A stretch of 64,000 bases of DNA from Geopsychrobacteraceae bacterium (GCA_963676795.2 CAXXTB010000001.1:960001-1024000); one strand, 5' to 3'. Counted from the first letter of the stretch, positions 30,484 through 40,937 are shown. Notes: generated from the letters alone by a model not told the origin. Numbers and translations are program-made.

Positions 30484-31740
30484 ATGGATCATCCATGGTT
30501 TGTCGACGGAAAATGGTATGTGTCTTATCTGGGCTGGGATCCCGAGGTGCGCAAGCAGATGCCGCTGCTGCCGAAGAAGGTCGGGATTCGAGACGTCACT
30601 TTCCGCGAAGGGGATGACTGCCCGGGCTTCACCTTGAGTGTCGCCGAAAAGATGGAACTGCTTCACATCGCCGTTGAGATGGGCGTCGAAGAGATCGATA
30701 TCGGCGGCCCGTCGATGCACCCTCACCAGCTTGAATTCGCCAAGGCGGCCGCCGCCTCCGGTCTGAACGTCCGCAGAACCGCCCGCTTCTTCGCCAATAC
30801 GACGATGGACTACAAGAAGGCGACCGACATCTGCATGGAATCGGGCGCGACCAATATCCGTATCGTCATTATGGCGCTCAACGAAGAGGCGATTCTCAAG
30901 CAGCTCGAAGTCTTCCCGCCGATGGTCGAATACGTCCATTCCCAGTACAAGACCGATGTCTGCTGGTCGCTGTCGGATACCTTCCGGGTCGACATGGAGC
31001 TGATCAAGAAGGTCTACAAGACCGGTCTTGCAGCGGGAGCCGACAAAGCCTCGGTCAACGACACCTTCGGGGTCGCCACCCCTGCCGTCATGCGCTACCT
31101 TTCCTCGACGGTCAAGAACCTGCTTCCGGAAGGCTTCCCGATGAAGGCCCACTGCCACAACAACTACGGGATGGCCACCGCCAACTCGCTGGCCGCCTGT
31201 GAAGGGGGCGCCACCGAAGTCGATGTCGCCATCAACGGCTACGGCGATGACGCCGGCAACGCCGCCCTCGAAGAAGTCGCCGTCGGTCTTGAGGCGCTCT
31301 ACGGCATCGACACCGGCCTGAATCTGGAAATGCTCAGCAAGTATTCGCAGAAAGCGATCGAGATCGGCAAGCTGCCGATCCAGTCGCACAAAGCGATCTC
31401 CGGCGAGAACGCCTTCCTGCGTCCGATGTACATCTGGGACGGCAAGAACATGGCCACCGAATCCTGGCAGTCTGCCGAAGCGCTCAACCCTGAAGTCGTC
31501 GGCTGCCACGACAATATCGTCTTCGGTCCGAAAGCCAGCCTGGACCCCGAGCCGATCGAATGGAAGTTCAAGGAACTGGGGCTGCCCTACACGGCTGAGG
31601 ATGTTGTCAAGGTGCGTGAGACCGTCCAGCAGCTGATCAAGGAAGATATCACCGTCAAGCTGCCGCGCAAGTATGTCAAGGAAGCGGAATTCGAAGAGAT
31701 CCTCAAGAAGGTCTCGAAAAGCTCCAAGGCGATGGTGTAA
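30484..31740 (+). CDS. Divergent DRE-TIM metallolyase (homocitrate/isopropylmalate synthase, HMGL-like family)
   Basis: RDVTFREG, DTFG, AHCHNNYGMATAN, GNAALEE; no LeuA regulatory domain. Confidence 0.85.
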   Translation: MDHPWFVDGKWYVSYLGWDPEVRKQMPLLPKKVGIRDVTFREGDDCPGFTLSVAEKMELLHIAVEMGVEEIDIGGPSMHPHQLEFAKAAAASGLNVRRTARFFANTTMDYKKATDICMESGATNIRIVIMALNEEAILKQLEVFPPMVEYVHSQYKTDVCWSLSDTFRVDMELIKKVYKTGLAAGADKASVNDTFGVATPAVMRYLSSTVKNLLPEGFPMKAHCHNNYGMATANSLAACEGGATEVDVAINGYGDDAGNAALEEVAVGLEALYGIDTGLNLEMLSKYSQKAIEIGKLPIQSHKAISGENAFLRPMYIWDGKNMATESWQSAEALNPEVVGCHDNIVFGPKASLDPEPIEWKFKELGLPYTAEDVVKVRETVQQLIKEDITVKLPRKYVKEAEFEEILKKVSKSSKAMV

Positions 31741-31825
31741 TTGATTCAAGAGGCAGTGTGTCGCGGCCACAGGTGGTCGCGGCACAGGGTTTTTCATCAA
31801 CTAGAAGCAAACGGGGAGGAAAGCC

Positions 31826-32251
31826 ATGTACACAGTACCGACATTGAAACTGACGCTGGAAGGCGCCAACAAGATTATTGAAGCCGCGCTGGAAGAAGCC
31901 AAAGCCAAAGGGCGCAAGATCGGGGTCGCCGTTGTGGATGTCGGCGGCAACCTGATCGCCTTTGCGCGGATGGATGGCGCCTCGGTAACGACCATCAGCG
32001 TCGCCCAGAACAAGGCACGTTGCGCCGCATTTACCGGTCATCCGAGCGGCAAGTCGAGCAAGGCGGGGAACGAGCGGAGCGACCACCATGCCCTGGCGAT
32101 CACCATGGCCGCCGGGATGGACAAGATGGTCACCCTGGAAGGGGGGATTCCGATCAAGGTCGACGGCCAGCTGGTCGGCGGCGTGGCCATCAGCGGTGCC
32201 GGCCACAGTGACGGTGAAATCGGCCAGATCGCTGTTGCCGCTATCGCCTGA
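31826..32251 (+). CDS. GlcG/HbpS family (heme-binding) protein
   Basis: VAVVDVGGNL..FARMDGA, AQNKAR, GGIPI, GGVAISG. Confidence 0.9.
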   Translation: MYTVPTLKLTLEGANKIIEAALEEAKAKGRKIGVAVVDVGGNLIAFARMDGASVTTISVAQNKARCAAFTGHPSGKSSKAGNERSDHHALAITMAAGMDKMVTLEGGIPIKVDGQLVGGVAISGAGHSDGEIGQIAVAAIA

Positions 32252-32290
32252 AACGAATCATAGCTACCAGTCCAATGATGGAGGAAGCCC

Positions 32291-33433
32291 ATGTCTAAAA
32301 CAGATAAACCCGTCATTTTAGCCGATACCACTTTGAAGATCGGCGAGATACGTACCTGGCGAGCCACCATTCGCAGAAAGCAAGTGTGGAAAACGGCCCG
32401 TTACACCAAAGGCGATATTGATTCACTGGTCATCGGTATTTCCGATTTCGATGGAAATACCGGCTATGGCTATGTCCCTGCGATGTTTCTCGAAGGGGAA
32501 TCCGCTCCTTCAGCGGAAGCTCTGCTCTATACGGTTTTGATGCCGGTCATTACCGGTCGCGAGCATGCCGGAATCCAACCTCTGATGAACGAGCTGGAAC
32601 TCGCACTGCGCCATAACCATCAGCTCAAAAACGCCATTGAATGCGCCCTGTTCGATATGATGGCCAAGCGCCTTAATACCCCGATGTTCAACCTGTTCGG
32701 CGGACTGTGTTTTTCCGAGTTCCCGGTCATGCGGGCTCTGACTCTCAAGCCGCCAGAGGAGACTGCCGAAAATGCCGTCAAGTTCAAGGAGCAGGGCTAC
32801 ACTCACATGAAGCTCAAGGTCGGTCTCGACCCTGTTCGTGACGTTGCAGCGGTCAAAGCTGTGCGCCAGGCGGTTGGCGACGATGTGTTCCTTTCTATCG
32901 ATGCCAATCGGTCCTACACGCCGATGCAAGCGATCAATGTCATCAACAAGATGGGCGAATGGGGTCTCAACCTCGCCGAGCAGCCAATCCGCGCCGACGA
33001 CGTCCGCGGCATGGCCTTTGTCCGTAATCACGTCAATGTGCCGATTATGGCCGATGAAGGTGTGCGGACTCCGGCTGAAGCTGCTCGTTTGATCGAAGCC
33101 GGTGCCGTTGACGCATGCAGTATCAAGCTGTGGAATGTTGGCGGACCGATGAAGGGCAAAGAAATCGCCGCCCTGTGCAATGCCAATAACTGCTTTACCC
33201 ATATTGCGACAACGCCGGGTAGCCAGGTCATGGAAGCTGCACAGCTGCATTTTGCCGCTTCGACGCCGAGCATGTTCGCCGGTGTCGAGCTCGCCGAGTG
33301 CATGGCCCTGCTCGACGACCCTGGTCAGGGACTGGAAATCGTCAACGGGACTCTGAAGGTCCCGATGGGACCTGGTCTGGGGATCAATATCGATTTAAGT
33401 GGTGCGACCGATACCACCCCGGCGAAATCGTAG
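32291..33433 (+). CDS. Enolase superfamily enzyme, muconate-lactonizing-enzyme subgroup
   Basis: KxK (KLKVG), metal ligands DAN / EQP / DE, Lys (IKL), GPGLGI. Confidence 0.9.
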   Translation: MSKTDKPVILADTTLKIGEIRTWRATIRRKQVWKTARYTKGDIDSLVIGISDFDGNTGYGYVPAMFLEGESAPSAEALLYTVLMPVITGREHAGIQPLMNELELALRHNHQLKNAIECALFDMMAKRLNTPMFNLFGGLCFSEFPVMRALTLKPPEETAENAVKFKEQGYTHMKLKVGLDPVRDVAAVKAVRQAVGDDVFLSIDANRSYTPMQAINVINKMGEWGLNLAEQPIRADDVRGMAFVRNHVNVPIMADEGVRTPAEAARLIEAGAVDACSIKLWNVGGPMKGKEIAALCNANNCFTHIATTPGSQVMEAAQLHFAASTPSMFAGVELAECMALLDDPGQGLEIVNGTLKVPMGPGLGINIDLSGATDTTPAKS

Positions 33434-33581
33434 AACAAGGCGAGTCACGCATTCCATAAGGGGTGCGTGACTCAATCGTGCCTGACTGACGAAGACGCTG
33501 ACACACAATGCCGGCAATTCTCCGTGATCTTCCGGCAGCGAAATTGACAATGCACAGATGCCAGAAGGCAGGAGGAGCAGC

Positions 33582-35021
33582 ATGAAGCAGCAAATAGATA
33601 CCAAACAGGACGAGGTCACAGCGATCATCTCGCGTTTTATCGCTGAAACTCAGTACGATCAAATCCCGCCACAGGTCGTCGACAGGATCAAGAAAAGCAT
33701 CCTCGATACGATCGGTATTATTATTCCTGCGACACAGCTGATGCCCGAACTCAAACCGCCAATCGATCTGTTCCTCGATGCCGGCGGCAAGGAGGAGAGT
33801 ACCGTTTTTGCTTATGGCCGGAAATTGCCGAGTTGGGCGGCCACCTTTGCCAATGGCATCAGGGGACATGCCCTCGATTACGCCGATGGCCACCTTGAGG
33901 CGGTTTTCAGGGTCGGAATCAGTGTTATCCCGGCTGCTCTGGCGCTCGCCGAAAAAAAAGGCAAGGTCAGCGGCAAAGAGCTGATTACCGCGGTCGGTGT
34001 AGCGGAAGAGGTCCTTTGCCGGCTCGGCATTGCCGTCGCCCGTCGGCGCAGCGTCAAGCGCCTGGGCCCCTGGCATGCCGGGATCCTGATGGGCAATTTC
34101 GGCGCTGCGGCCGCTGCGGCCCGGATGCTCGATCTCGATGCTGACAAGACCGAAAGAGCCCTGGGGATCGCTTATCTGCAGACCGGCGGTACTGAGGTTG
34201 TCGTTGCACCCGACTGTAACATCCGCGGCATGTATGCGGGTTTTGTTGGCAAGACCGGGGTTATTGCCGCCCTGCTCTCTGAAAAAGGACTTTTGGGGCC
34301 ACGTGGTTGCCTGGGGCATCCTGACGGTCTGTTCAATGTTTATCTCAACAATGCCTATGATCGTGACGCCCTGGTCGAAAACCTGGGTAGCGAATACGAA
34401 CTGATAGATCTGAGCTTCAAGCCCTGGCCGGCCTGTGCCCTTGCTCATACCTATATTGACGCGATGCTCGGCCTACGGGCGGAACATAATCTGCGTGTCG
34501 AAGATATCGACAAGATCGAGGTCTTCTCCGGTGAAATGAGCAAGGGGCTCTGCCTGCCGATCAATCTCGCGGAAGGGAAAATCCCCCAGACGACCAACGA
34601 TGCCAAGCGCAGCATCCCGTTTAACGTTGCTGTGGCAGCGCTCAAAGGGAATGTCCAGTTCCAGGATTTTACCCAGGACGGTATGCGCGATCCCGAGGTG
34701 CTGAAGATCGCTGAAAAAGTCGTCCTGGTCATGGAGCCTGAATTTGACGATGAGTCGATCCTGGCCAAGGGAAACGGACTGCCGCCCGGCAAGATCGCCG
34801 TGACAACGAAGCAGGGACAGGTCCTGACCAAGCAGACCGATTTCCCTTACGGACACCATCACAATCCGATCAAGGCCGGGGATATCATCGAAAAATTCAA
34901 GGATTGCCTCGAGTTTTCGCCGAAACCGATGTCGCCGGGCAACAGGGATCTGGTCATCGAGAAGATCCTCAACCTGGAGGAGGTCGCCGATGTCCGGGAG
35001 ATTATCGAGTTGCTCGCTTAA
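33582..35021 (+). CDS. MmgE/PrpD family protein
   Basis: ILDTIG, FANG..GHALDY, SGKELI, FKPWPAC..AH, SIPF.VA, EKF..C; GGAGGA RBS. Confidence 0.9.
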   Translation: MKQQIDTKQDEVTAIISRFIAETQYDQIPPQVVDRIKKSILDTIGIIIPATQLMPELKPPIDLFLDAGGKEESTVFAYGRKLPSWAATFANGIRGHALDYADGHLEAVFRVGISVIPAALALAEKKGKVSGKELITAVGVAEEVLCRLGIAVARRRSVKRLGPWHAGILMGNFGAAAAAARMLDLDADKTERALGIAYLQTGGTEVVVAPDCNIRGMYAGFVGKTGVIAALLSEKGLLGPRGCLGHPDGLFNVYLNNAYDRDALVENLGSEYELIDLSFKPWPACALAHTYIDAMLGLRAEHNLRVEDIDKIEVFSGEMSKGLCLPINLAEGKIPQTTNDAKRSIPFNVAVAALKGNVQFQDFTQDGMRDPEVLKIAEKVVLVMEPEFDDESILAKGNGLPPGKIAVTTKQGQVLTKQTDFPYGHHHNPIKAGDIIEKFKDCLEFSPKPMSPGNRDLVIEKILNLEEVADVREIIELLA

Positions 35022-35151
35022 TTAAGTAAAACAATGGAGAATCTGCCACAAGCCTGTAGAATGTGATGCCGTGCATGTATGGAAACCTCGTTTTTTCTTA
35101 ACGACAATGTCAGAGCGGTTCAAGTGACGAAACCATAAAGAGGAGCTGATA

Positions 35152-36621
35152 ATGACTGTTAAATACCAGATGTACATCAACGGAGAATGGACAGACAGTT
35201 CGTCAGGAGAAACCTTTCCAACTGAAAATCCGTACAACGGCGAAACCTGGGCCCTGATCCCGAGCGGGACAAAAGAGGATGCCGAACGGGCGATCGCTGG
35301 GGCCAAGTATGCATTTGATAATGAATGGAGCCAGGTCAATGGGGCCAAGCGCTCCATGCTGATGCACAAGCTCGCGGACCTGATCGATGAAAACGCACCC
35401 TTGTTGTCCAAGGTAGAAAGCACGGATAACGGTAAAGTGACCCGGGAAACCGAGGCCCAGATGCATCATGTCGCCAGGCAGGTGCGCTACTTCGCCGGTT
35501 ATGCCGACAAGATTCATGGCAAGACCATTCCGCTGGATAACCTGGCCATGTTTGATTATACCTTGCGCGAACCACTCGGTGTTGTGGTCATGATCACGCC
35601 CTGGAATTCGCCGATTTCATTGCTGGCCAACAAGCTGTGTCCGGCTCTGGCGGCAGGGAATACCGCGGTTGTCAAACCCTCCAGAAACACCTCGGCATCG
35701 ACGCTGGAATTTGCCAAGCTGGTCGAAGCCGCCGGCTTCCCCAAAGGGGTCTTCAATGTTGTCACCGGCAGCGTCGGCGACTATCTGACCGGCTCGCCGT
35801 TGGTGAACAAGATCAGTCTGACCGGCGGAACCGAAGTCGCGCAGCAGATTCTCGGTCAGGCAACGAAAAATATCACCAAGGTGGCCATGGAACTCGGAGG
35901 TAAGAGTCCGAACGTCATCTTTGCCGATGCGAACCTGGAAAGAGCCATCATCGGTGCCTTGACGGGGGTTTTCCAGGCCGCGGGGCAAACCTGCGTTGCC
36001 GGCTCGCGCTTGATTGTCGAAGAAGCAGTTTACGACCGGGTCGTCAGCGAGGTTGTCGAGAAAGCCAAGGCGATCAAGCTGGGCAGTCCCTTCGCTGCCG
36101 ACACGGGGATGGGGCCGGTCGCCAACAAGAACCAGTACGATCATATCCTGTCGCTGATCGATCAGGCGGTTGCCGAGGGGGCCAAGGTTCTGACCGGTGG
36201 CAAACGGGCGGAAGCGCCGGAACTGGCCAACGGGTATTTTATCGAGCCGACCATCCTGGAAGTCACAAACGACATGATGATCGCCCAGACTGAGGTTTTT
36301 GGACCTGTCCTCTGTGTGATCAAGTTCCGTAGCGAGGAGGAGGCTGTGCAGATTGCCAATGATACCTTGTATGGGCTGGCCGCCGGGATCTGGACCAATG
36401 ATCTGTCTCGCGCTCACCGCATGGCCAAAGCTATCAAGGCGGGGATGGTGTGGGTCAATACCTACCGGACCCTTGCACCGCAGACGCCGTTCGGTGGTTT
36501 TAAGCTCAGTGGCTACGGCAAGGAACGTGGTGAAGAAGCGATGATGGAATACACCCAGGTGAAGAACGTGGCTATGGATCTGTCCTCCGTTGTTTACGAT
36601 CAGTATACGATGCGCAGCTGA
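35152..36621 (+). CDS. NAD(P)-dependent aldehyde dehydrogenase
   Basis: ITPWN, TGGT, ELGGKSP, GQTCVAG, EVFGP, PFGGFKLSG. Confidence 0.95.
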   Translation: MTVKYQMYINGEWTDSSSGETFPTENPYNGETWALIPSGTKEDAERAIAGAKYAFDNEWSQVNGAKRSMLMHKLADLIDENAPLLSKVESTDNGKVTRETEAQMHHVARQVRYFAGYADKIHGKTIPLDNLAMFDYTLREPLGVVVMITPWNSPISLLANKLCPALAAGNTAVVKPSRNTSASTLEFAKLVEAAGFPKGVFNVVTGSVGDYLTGSPLVNKISLTGGTEVAQQILGQATKNITKVAMELGGKSPNVIFADANLERAIIGALTGVFQAAGQTCVAGSRLIVEEAVYDRVVSEVVEKAKAIKLGSPFAADTGMGPVANKNQYDHILSLIDQAVAEGAKVLTGGKRAEAPELANGYFIEPTILEVTNDMMIAQTEVFGPVLCVIKFRSEEEAVQIANDTLYGLAAGIWTNDLSRAHRMAKAIKAGMVWVNTYRTLAPQTPFGGFKLSGYGKERGEEAMMEYTQVKNVAMDLSSVVYDQYTMRS

Positions 36622-36648
36622 TAACCTCCTGGTCCTGCTCATAACCGA

Positions 36649-36681
36649 GGTGCCCCGGAACCTGAATGGTTCCGGGGCACC
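36649..36681 (+). terminator. Hairpin ending the 30484-36621 operon
   Basis: ggtgccccggaacc-tgaat-ggttccggggcacc. Confidence 0.7.
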
Positions 36682-36815
36682 CTGACTTTATCTGCTTGGT
36701 ATGATACTGATTGATTTTTTCTCACCTTGCGGACTATTCTGGCAATGTCTTTGCCCACTTTAGGCCGCCCCTCCTGTCTGCCGGTAAATCCAGTTCAGAC
36801 GATTTCCATCTTGGA

Positions 36816-36849
36816 TTGACAGTCTGTCGCTTATTGTATACAGTATACA
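36816..36849 (+). promoter_or_regulatory. acnB promoter with an overlapping GntR-type palindrome
   Basis: TTGACA-N17-TACAGT; perfect TGTATAC-A-GTATACA at 36835-36849 covers the -10. Confidence 0.65.
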
Positions 36850-36934
36850 TTTCTTATGTCCGCCGTTTGCGGATGGTAACAGCGCGTATCTACGTCACTT
36901 AAGTGAGAGCATAAAACATATATTGGAGGAGAGT

Positions 36935-39472
36935 ATGATAGAGGCTTATTTAGCGCATCAGGAAGAGAGGAATTCTCAAGGGATACCGGCTCTGCCATTG
37001 AACCCCGGGCAAACATCCGACCTTTGCGGCCTGCTGCAGAACCCACCGAGTGGCAAGGAAGACTTCCTGCTCGAACTGTTTACCGAACGGATTTCCCCTG
37101 GTGTTGATCCCGCTGCGGAAGTCAAAGCCACTTTTCTGGCCGCTATTCTGGCGGGAAACAAAAGTTCACCGTTGATTGACAAGAAAAAAGCGGTCCGGAT
37201 TCTTGGTACGATGATCGGTGGCTACAACGTTCAGCCGCTGATTGACGCTCTGAGTGATGCCGTTCTGGCTGAAGACGCTGCTACTGCACTGACCGGTCTG
37301 ACCTACGTCTATGACGCGGCCGATCAGGTTATTGCGCTGGCCAAATCCAATGCTGCTGCACAGAGGGTTGTTGACAGCTGGGCTAACGCCGAATGGTTCA
37401 CCAAGCGGACGGGGGTCCCTGAAGTCGTTACTGTCAGGATCTTCAAGGTTGACGGTGAAATCAATACCGATGATTTCTCTCCCGCAGGCGATGCCTGGAG
37501 CCGCCCGGATATCCCGCTGCACGCTCTGGCCATGGGCAAAACCCGTTTCCCCGGTGGTATTGAAGAGATCGCCAAATGGCGTGCAGAAGGGTACCAGGTT
37601 GCCTTTGTTGGCGACGTCGTCGGTACCGGTTCTTCACGTAAGAGCGCCTGCAACTCGGTTCTCTGGCATATCGGCAACGATATCCCCTGTGTTCCGAACA
37701 AGCGGACCGGCGGTATCATCATTGGTGGTGCGATTGCGCCGATTTTCTTCAACACTGCCCAGGACTCCGGGGCTCTGCCACTGGTGATGGATGTGGCCAA
37801 CCTCAACATGGGGGATGTCGTCACGATCAATACCTCAAAAGGGGAGGTCACCAACGCCGCAGGCGAAGTTCTTTCTACCTTCAGCATTAAGCCAGATTCC
37901 GTGGCCGATGAATACCAGGCCGGTGGCCGCATCCCGTTGATTATCGGTCGTGCCGTGACCGATAAGGCGCGCGCTGCGCTGGGACTGTCGGGCATCGAGA
38001 TCTTCAAGGAAACCGTCAATCCGGAACCGAAGCCGGGGCAGGGCTACACGATGGCACAGAAACTGGTCGGTAAGGCCTGTGGTGTCGAAGGCGTACTGCC
38101 GGGGACAGCCTGCGAACCGAAGATGGCCACCGTCGGTTCCCAGGATACCACCGGGCCGATGACGGCCGATGAGCTGAAGGAATTGGCCTGCCTGAAATTT
38201 CAGGCCCCGATGTTCATGCAGAGCTTCTGCCATACCGCCGCATATCCGAAACCGGCTGATGTCAAGATGCACAAAACCCTACCGGATTTCGTTGCAGAAC
38301 GTGGCGGCGTCGCTCTGCGCCCGGGCGACGGTGTCATTCACTCCTGGCTGAACCGTCTGCTGGTTCCGGAAACTGTCGGAACCGGTGGGGACAGTCACAC
38401 CCGTTTCCCGATCGGCCTCAGTTTCCCTGCCGGTTCCGGTCTGGTCGCTTTCGCCGGGGCGATGGGCTTCATGCCGCTCGATATGCCGGAATCGGTTCTG
38501 GTCCGCTTCAAAGGGGAATTCAATCCGGGAATCACTCTGCGTGATGCCGTCAATGCCATCCCTTACTGGGCGATCAAGCAGGGACTGCTGACCGTCGCGA
38601 AAAAGAACAAGATCAACATTTTCAATGGCCGGATTCTCGAAATGGAGGGGCTGCCGAATCTTTCTGTTGAGCAGGCTTACGAATTGTGCGATGCCGTTGC
38701 CGAGCGTTCAGCGGCCGCCGGTTGTATCGACCTTTCCGTCGAGACGGTCAGTGCCTACCTGCGCTCCAACATTGCGCTGATGGAAAAGATGATCGAGGAC
38801 GGTTACAGCGGTGCGGAAGCGCTGCGCAATCGGATCGATGACGTCAAAGAATGGCTGAAGAATCCGGTTCTGTCGAAGGCCGACAGCAACGCCGAGTATG
38901 CTGCCGTGATCGAGATCGATCTGGCTGAGATCACCGAACCGATCCTCGCCTGTCCGAACGATCCGGATGATGTCAAGCTGCTTTCCGAAGTGGCCGGAAC
39001 CCCGATTCAGGACGTTTTCCTCGGTTCCTGCATGACCAACATCGGCCACTTTCGGGCGACTGCCGAGATCTGGCGGGGGCAGAAATTCAATACCTCCGTA
39101 CGCAACTGGATCTGTCCGCCAACCCGGATGGATCAGAAGCAACTCAAAGACGAGGCGGTTTTCACCGTTTTCAGTGATGTCGGGGCGCGGATCGAAATTG
39201 CCGGCTGCTCATTGTGCATGGGCAACCAGGCGCGGGTTCCGGACGGTGTCAACATGTTCTCCACTTCGACCCGTAACTTTGATAACCGGATCGGTAACGG
39301 TGCCCGGGTCTATCTCGGGTCGACCGAGCTCGGTGCCGTAACCGGCCTGCTTGGCAAACTTCCGACACCGGCCGAGTACCTGGCCGTCTATCAGGAAAAG
39401 GTGGCGCCAAAGGCAGAGCAGATCTACTCCTATCTGCAGTTTGACGAAATGCCGGAATGCATGGAACTCTGA
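36935..39472 (+). CDS. acnB: Aconitate hydratase B / 2-methylisocitrate dehydratase
   Basis: HEAT-like N-terminus, GTGSSRKSA, SQDTTGPMT, QSFCHT, GDSHTRF, FLGSCM, CSLCMGNQ. Confidence 0.97.
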   Translation: MIEAYLAHQEERNSQGIPALPLNPGQTSDLCGLLQNPPSGKEDFLLELFTERISPGVDPAAEVKATFLAAILAGNKSSPLIDKKKAVRILGTMIGGYNVQPLIDALSDAVLAEDAATALTGLTYVYDAADQVIALAKSNAAAQRVVDSWANAEWFTKRTGVPEVVTVRIFKVDGEINTDDFSPAGDAWSRPDIPLHALAMGKTRFPGGIEEIAKWRAEGYQVAFVGDVVGTGSSRKSACNSVLWHIGNDIPCVPNKRTGGIIIGGAIAPIFFNTAQDSGALPLVMDVANLNMGDVVTINTSKGEVTNAAGEVLSTFSIKPDSVADEYQAGGRIPLIIGRAVTDKARAALGLSGIEIFKETVNPEPKPGQGYTMAQKLVGKACGVEGVLPGTACEPKMATVGSQDTTGPMTADELKELACLKFQAPMFMQSFCHTAAYPKPADVKMHKTLPDFVAERGGVALRPGDGVIHSWLNRLLVPETVGTGGDSHTRFPIGLSFPAGSGLVAFAGAMGFMPLDMPESVLVRFKGEFNPGITLRDAVNAIPYWAIKQGLLTVAKKNKINIFNGRILEMEGLPNLSVEQAYELCDAVAERSAAAGCIDLSVETVSAYLRSNIALMEKMIEDGYSGAEALRNRIDDVKEWLKNPVLSKADSNAEYAAVIEIDLAEITEPILACPNDPDDVKLLSEVAGTPIQDVFLGSCMTNIGHFRATAEIWRGQKFNTSVRNWICPPTRMDQKQLKDEAVFTVFSDVGARIEIAGCSLCMGNQARVPDGVNMFSTSTRNFDNRIGNGARVYLGSTELGAVTGLLGKLPTPAEYLAVYQEKVAPKAEQIYSYLQFDEMPECMEL

Positions 39473-39494
39473 TGTTTTAAAGTTGTTCAAATTG

Positions 39495-39530
39495 AAACGG
39501 CCGCCTTGAAAAAGGTGGCCGTTTTTTTTT
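39495..39530 (+). terminator. Intrinsic terminator after acnB
   Basis: aaacggccgcctt-gaaa-aaggtggccgttt followed by a T tract. Confidence 0.85.
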
Positions 39531-39561
39531 CAAAAGCTTTTTCTGTGAAGGGCAAGAACCT

Positions 39562-40872
39562 TCAGGAAAAGCCCGGTGATGATTCGCTGTTCTTCTTATC
39601 TGGCGCGAAAGGGAGTTCCGGATCGATATGATAACTGATGCCAAAGCGTCCAGATCCGAAGCAAAGCTTCAGCCCGCGATATTTTGTTAGGTAAAACAGG
39701 ATGATGATGGATGTTACGAACCCGGCAATCGCTCCCACGCCCAAGGCCCAGCGCGGGCCGAAACGATCGGCCACCCAGCCGACGATCGGTGCGCCGATCA
39801 GGGTACTGCCACGCGCGACAGCGATGCGCAGGGCCATGACCCGGCCACGCATGGTCGGTTCGGTCATCAGCTGCATCAGGCTGTTCGATGAATTCATGAA
39901 AGTCAAGGCTGAGACCCCGATAAAAGGAAGGACAATGCCGAACATCCAGTAGTTCGGGGCAATGGACGCCAATAGCGCAACCAGTCCCAGGGAGATGCTT
40001 CCGGTGAGCAGCAGGGGGATGCCGGGGCGTTCCCGGCGTGCGGCAAGGAGAGCGCCGATAATTGTTCCCAGCGCCATCATCGAACTCAGCAGGCCGTAGA
40101 GGGTGGCATCGGCGTGGAAAACCGACACCGTCATGGTTGAGATAAAGATCGGGAAGTTCATGACGAAGCCGCCGATCAAAAACAGGGTGACAATAATCAG
40201 TTTCAGATCCGGACGTTTCCAGGCGTAACCAAATCCATCGATCAGGCGACTTTGGGTTCGCTTAACGCGGGTTCTGGGGTGTAGTTCGGCGGTCCGTAAA
40301 AATGCCAGGGAACACAAGATCGCGACGAAGGATGCGCTGTTGATCAGGAAGGCGACCCCCGTGCTGGTGGCGATGATAAGGACGCCGGCGACCGCCGGGC
40401 CGATCATGCGAGCCGCATTGAACGAGGTTGAGTTCAGACCAACGGCATTGGCCAGGTGCTTTTCGCCGACCAGCTCGACGACGAAGGTGTGCCGGGCAGG
40501 GGCGTCAAAGGCTGTGACGCAGCCGAACAGAAAAGAGAAGATGTAGACATGCCAGAGTTCTATCAGCCCGGTGACAGTCAGCAGGCCGAGAAGCAGTGAC
40601 AGGACGGCCATGATCGCCTGAGTGACCATCAGGAAACGGCGCCGGTCGAAGTAGTCAGCGGTGAAGCCGGTGAGTGGAAACAGAAACAGGATCGGTCCGA
40701 ACTGGCAGGCCATCATCAGGCCGACGGCGGTCGCATTATGATGGGTCAGTTCGGTGAGTACCAGCCAGTCCTGGGCTGTACGCTGTAACCATGTTCCGAT
40801 GTTGGATAAGAACGTTCCGCAGATATAGATCCGGTAATTATAACTGGAGAGAGAGCGGAAGATACCACTCAT
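39562..40872 (-). CDS. MFS transporter (EntS/MFS_3-like)
   Basis: SNIGTWLQRTAQDWLV, ADYFDRRR, FNAARMIGPAVAG. Confidence 0.9.
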   Translation of the reverse strand: MSGIFRSLSSYNYRIYICGTFLSNIGTWLQRTAQDWLVLTELTHHNATAVGLMMACQFGPILFLFPLTGFTADYFDRRRFLMVTQAIMAVLSLLLGLLTVTGLIELWHVYIFSFLFGCVTAFDAPARHTFVVELVGEKHLANAVGLNSTSFNAARMIGPAVAGVLIIATSTGVAFLINSASFVAILCSLAFLRTAELHPRTRVKRTQSRLIDGFGYAWKRPDLKLIIVTLFLIGGFVMNFPIFISTMTVSVFHADATLYGLLSSMMALGTIIGALLAARRERPGIPLLLTGSISLGLVALLASIAPNYWMFGIVLPFIGVSALTFMNSSNSLMQLMTEPTMRGRVMALRIAVARGSTLIGAPIVGWVADRFGPRWALGVGAIAGFVTSIIILFYLTKYRGLKLCFGSGRFGISYHIDPELPFAPDKKNSESSPGFS

Positions 40873-40937
40873 CGGAACCCTGCATTGTAATCTGTGCAAC
40901 TGTGACAGGGGGGAGTTTTCTCTGTAACAGATGGCAC

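Noticed and set aside
31757..33473. Intergenic hairpins at 31757-31786 and 33442-33473 (also 44821-44865) as a repeat family
   Set aside because: They share no convincing primary sequence; most simply ordinary mRNA stabilisers or partial terminators.
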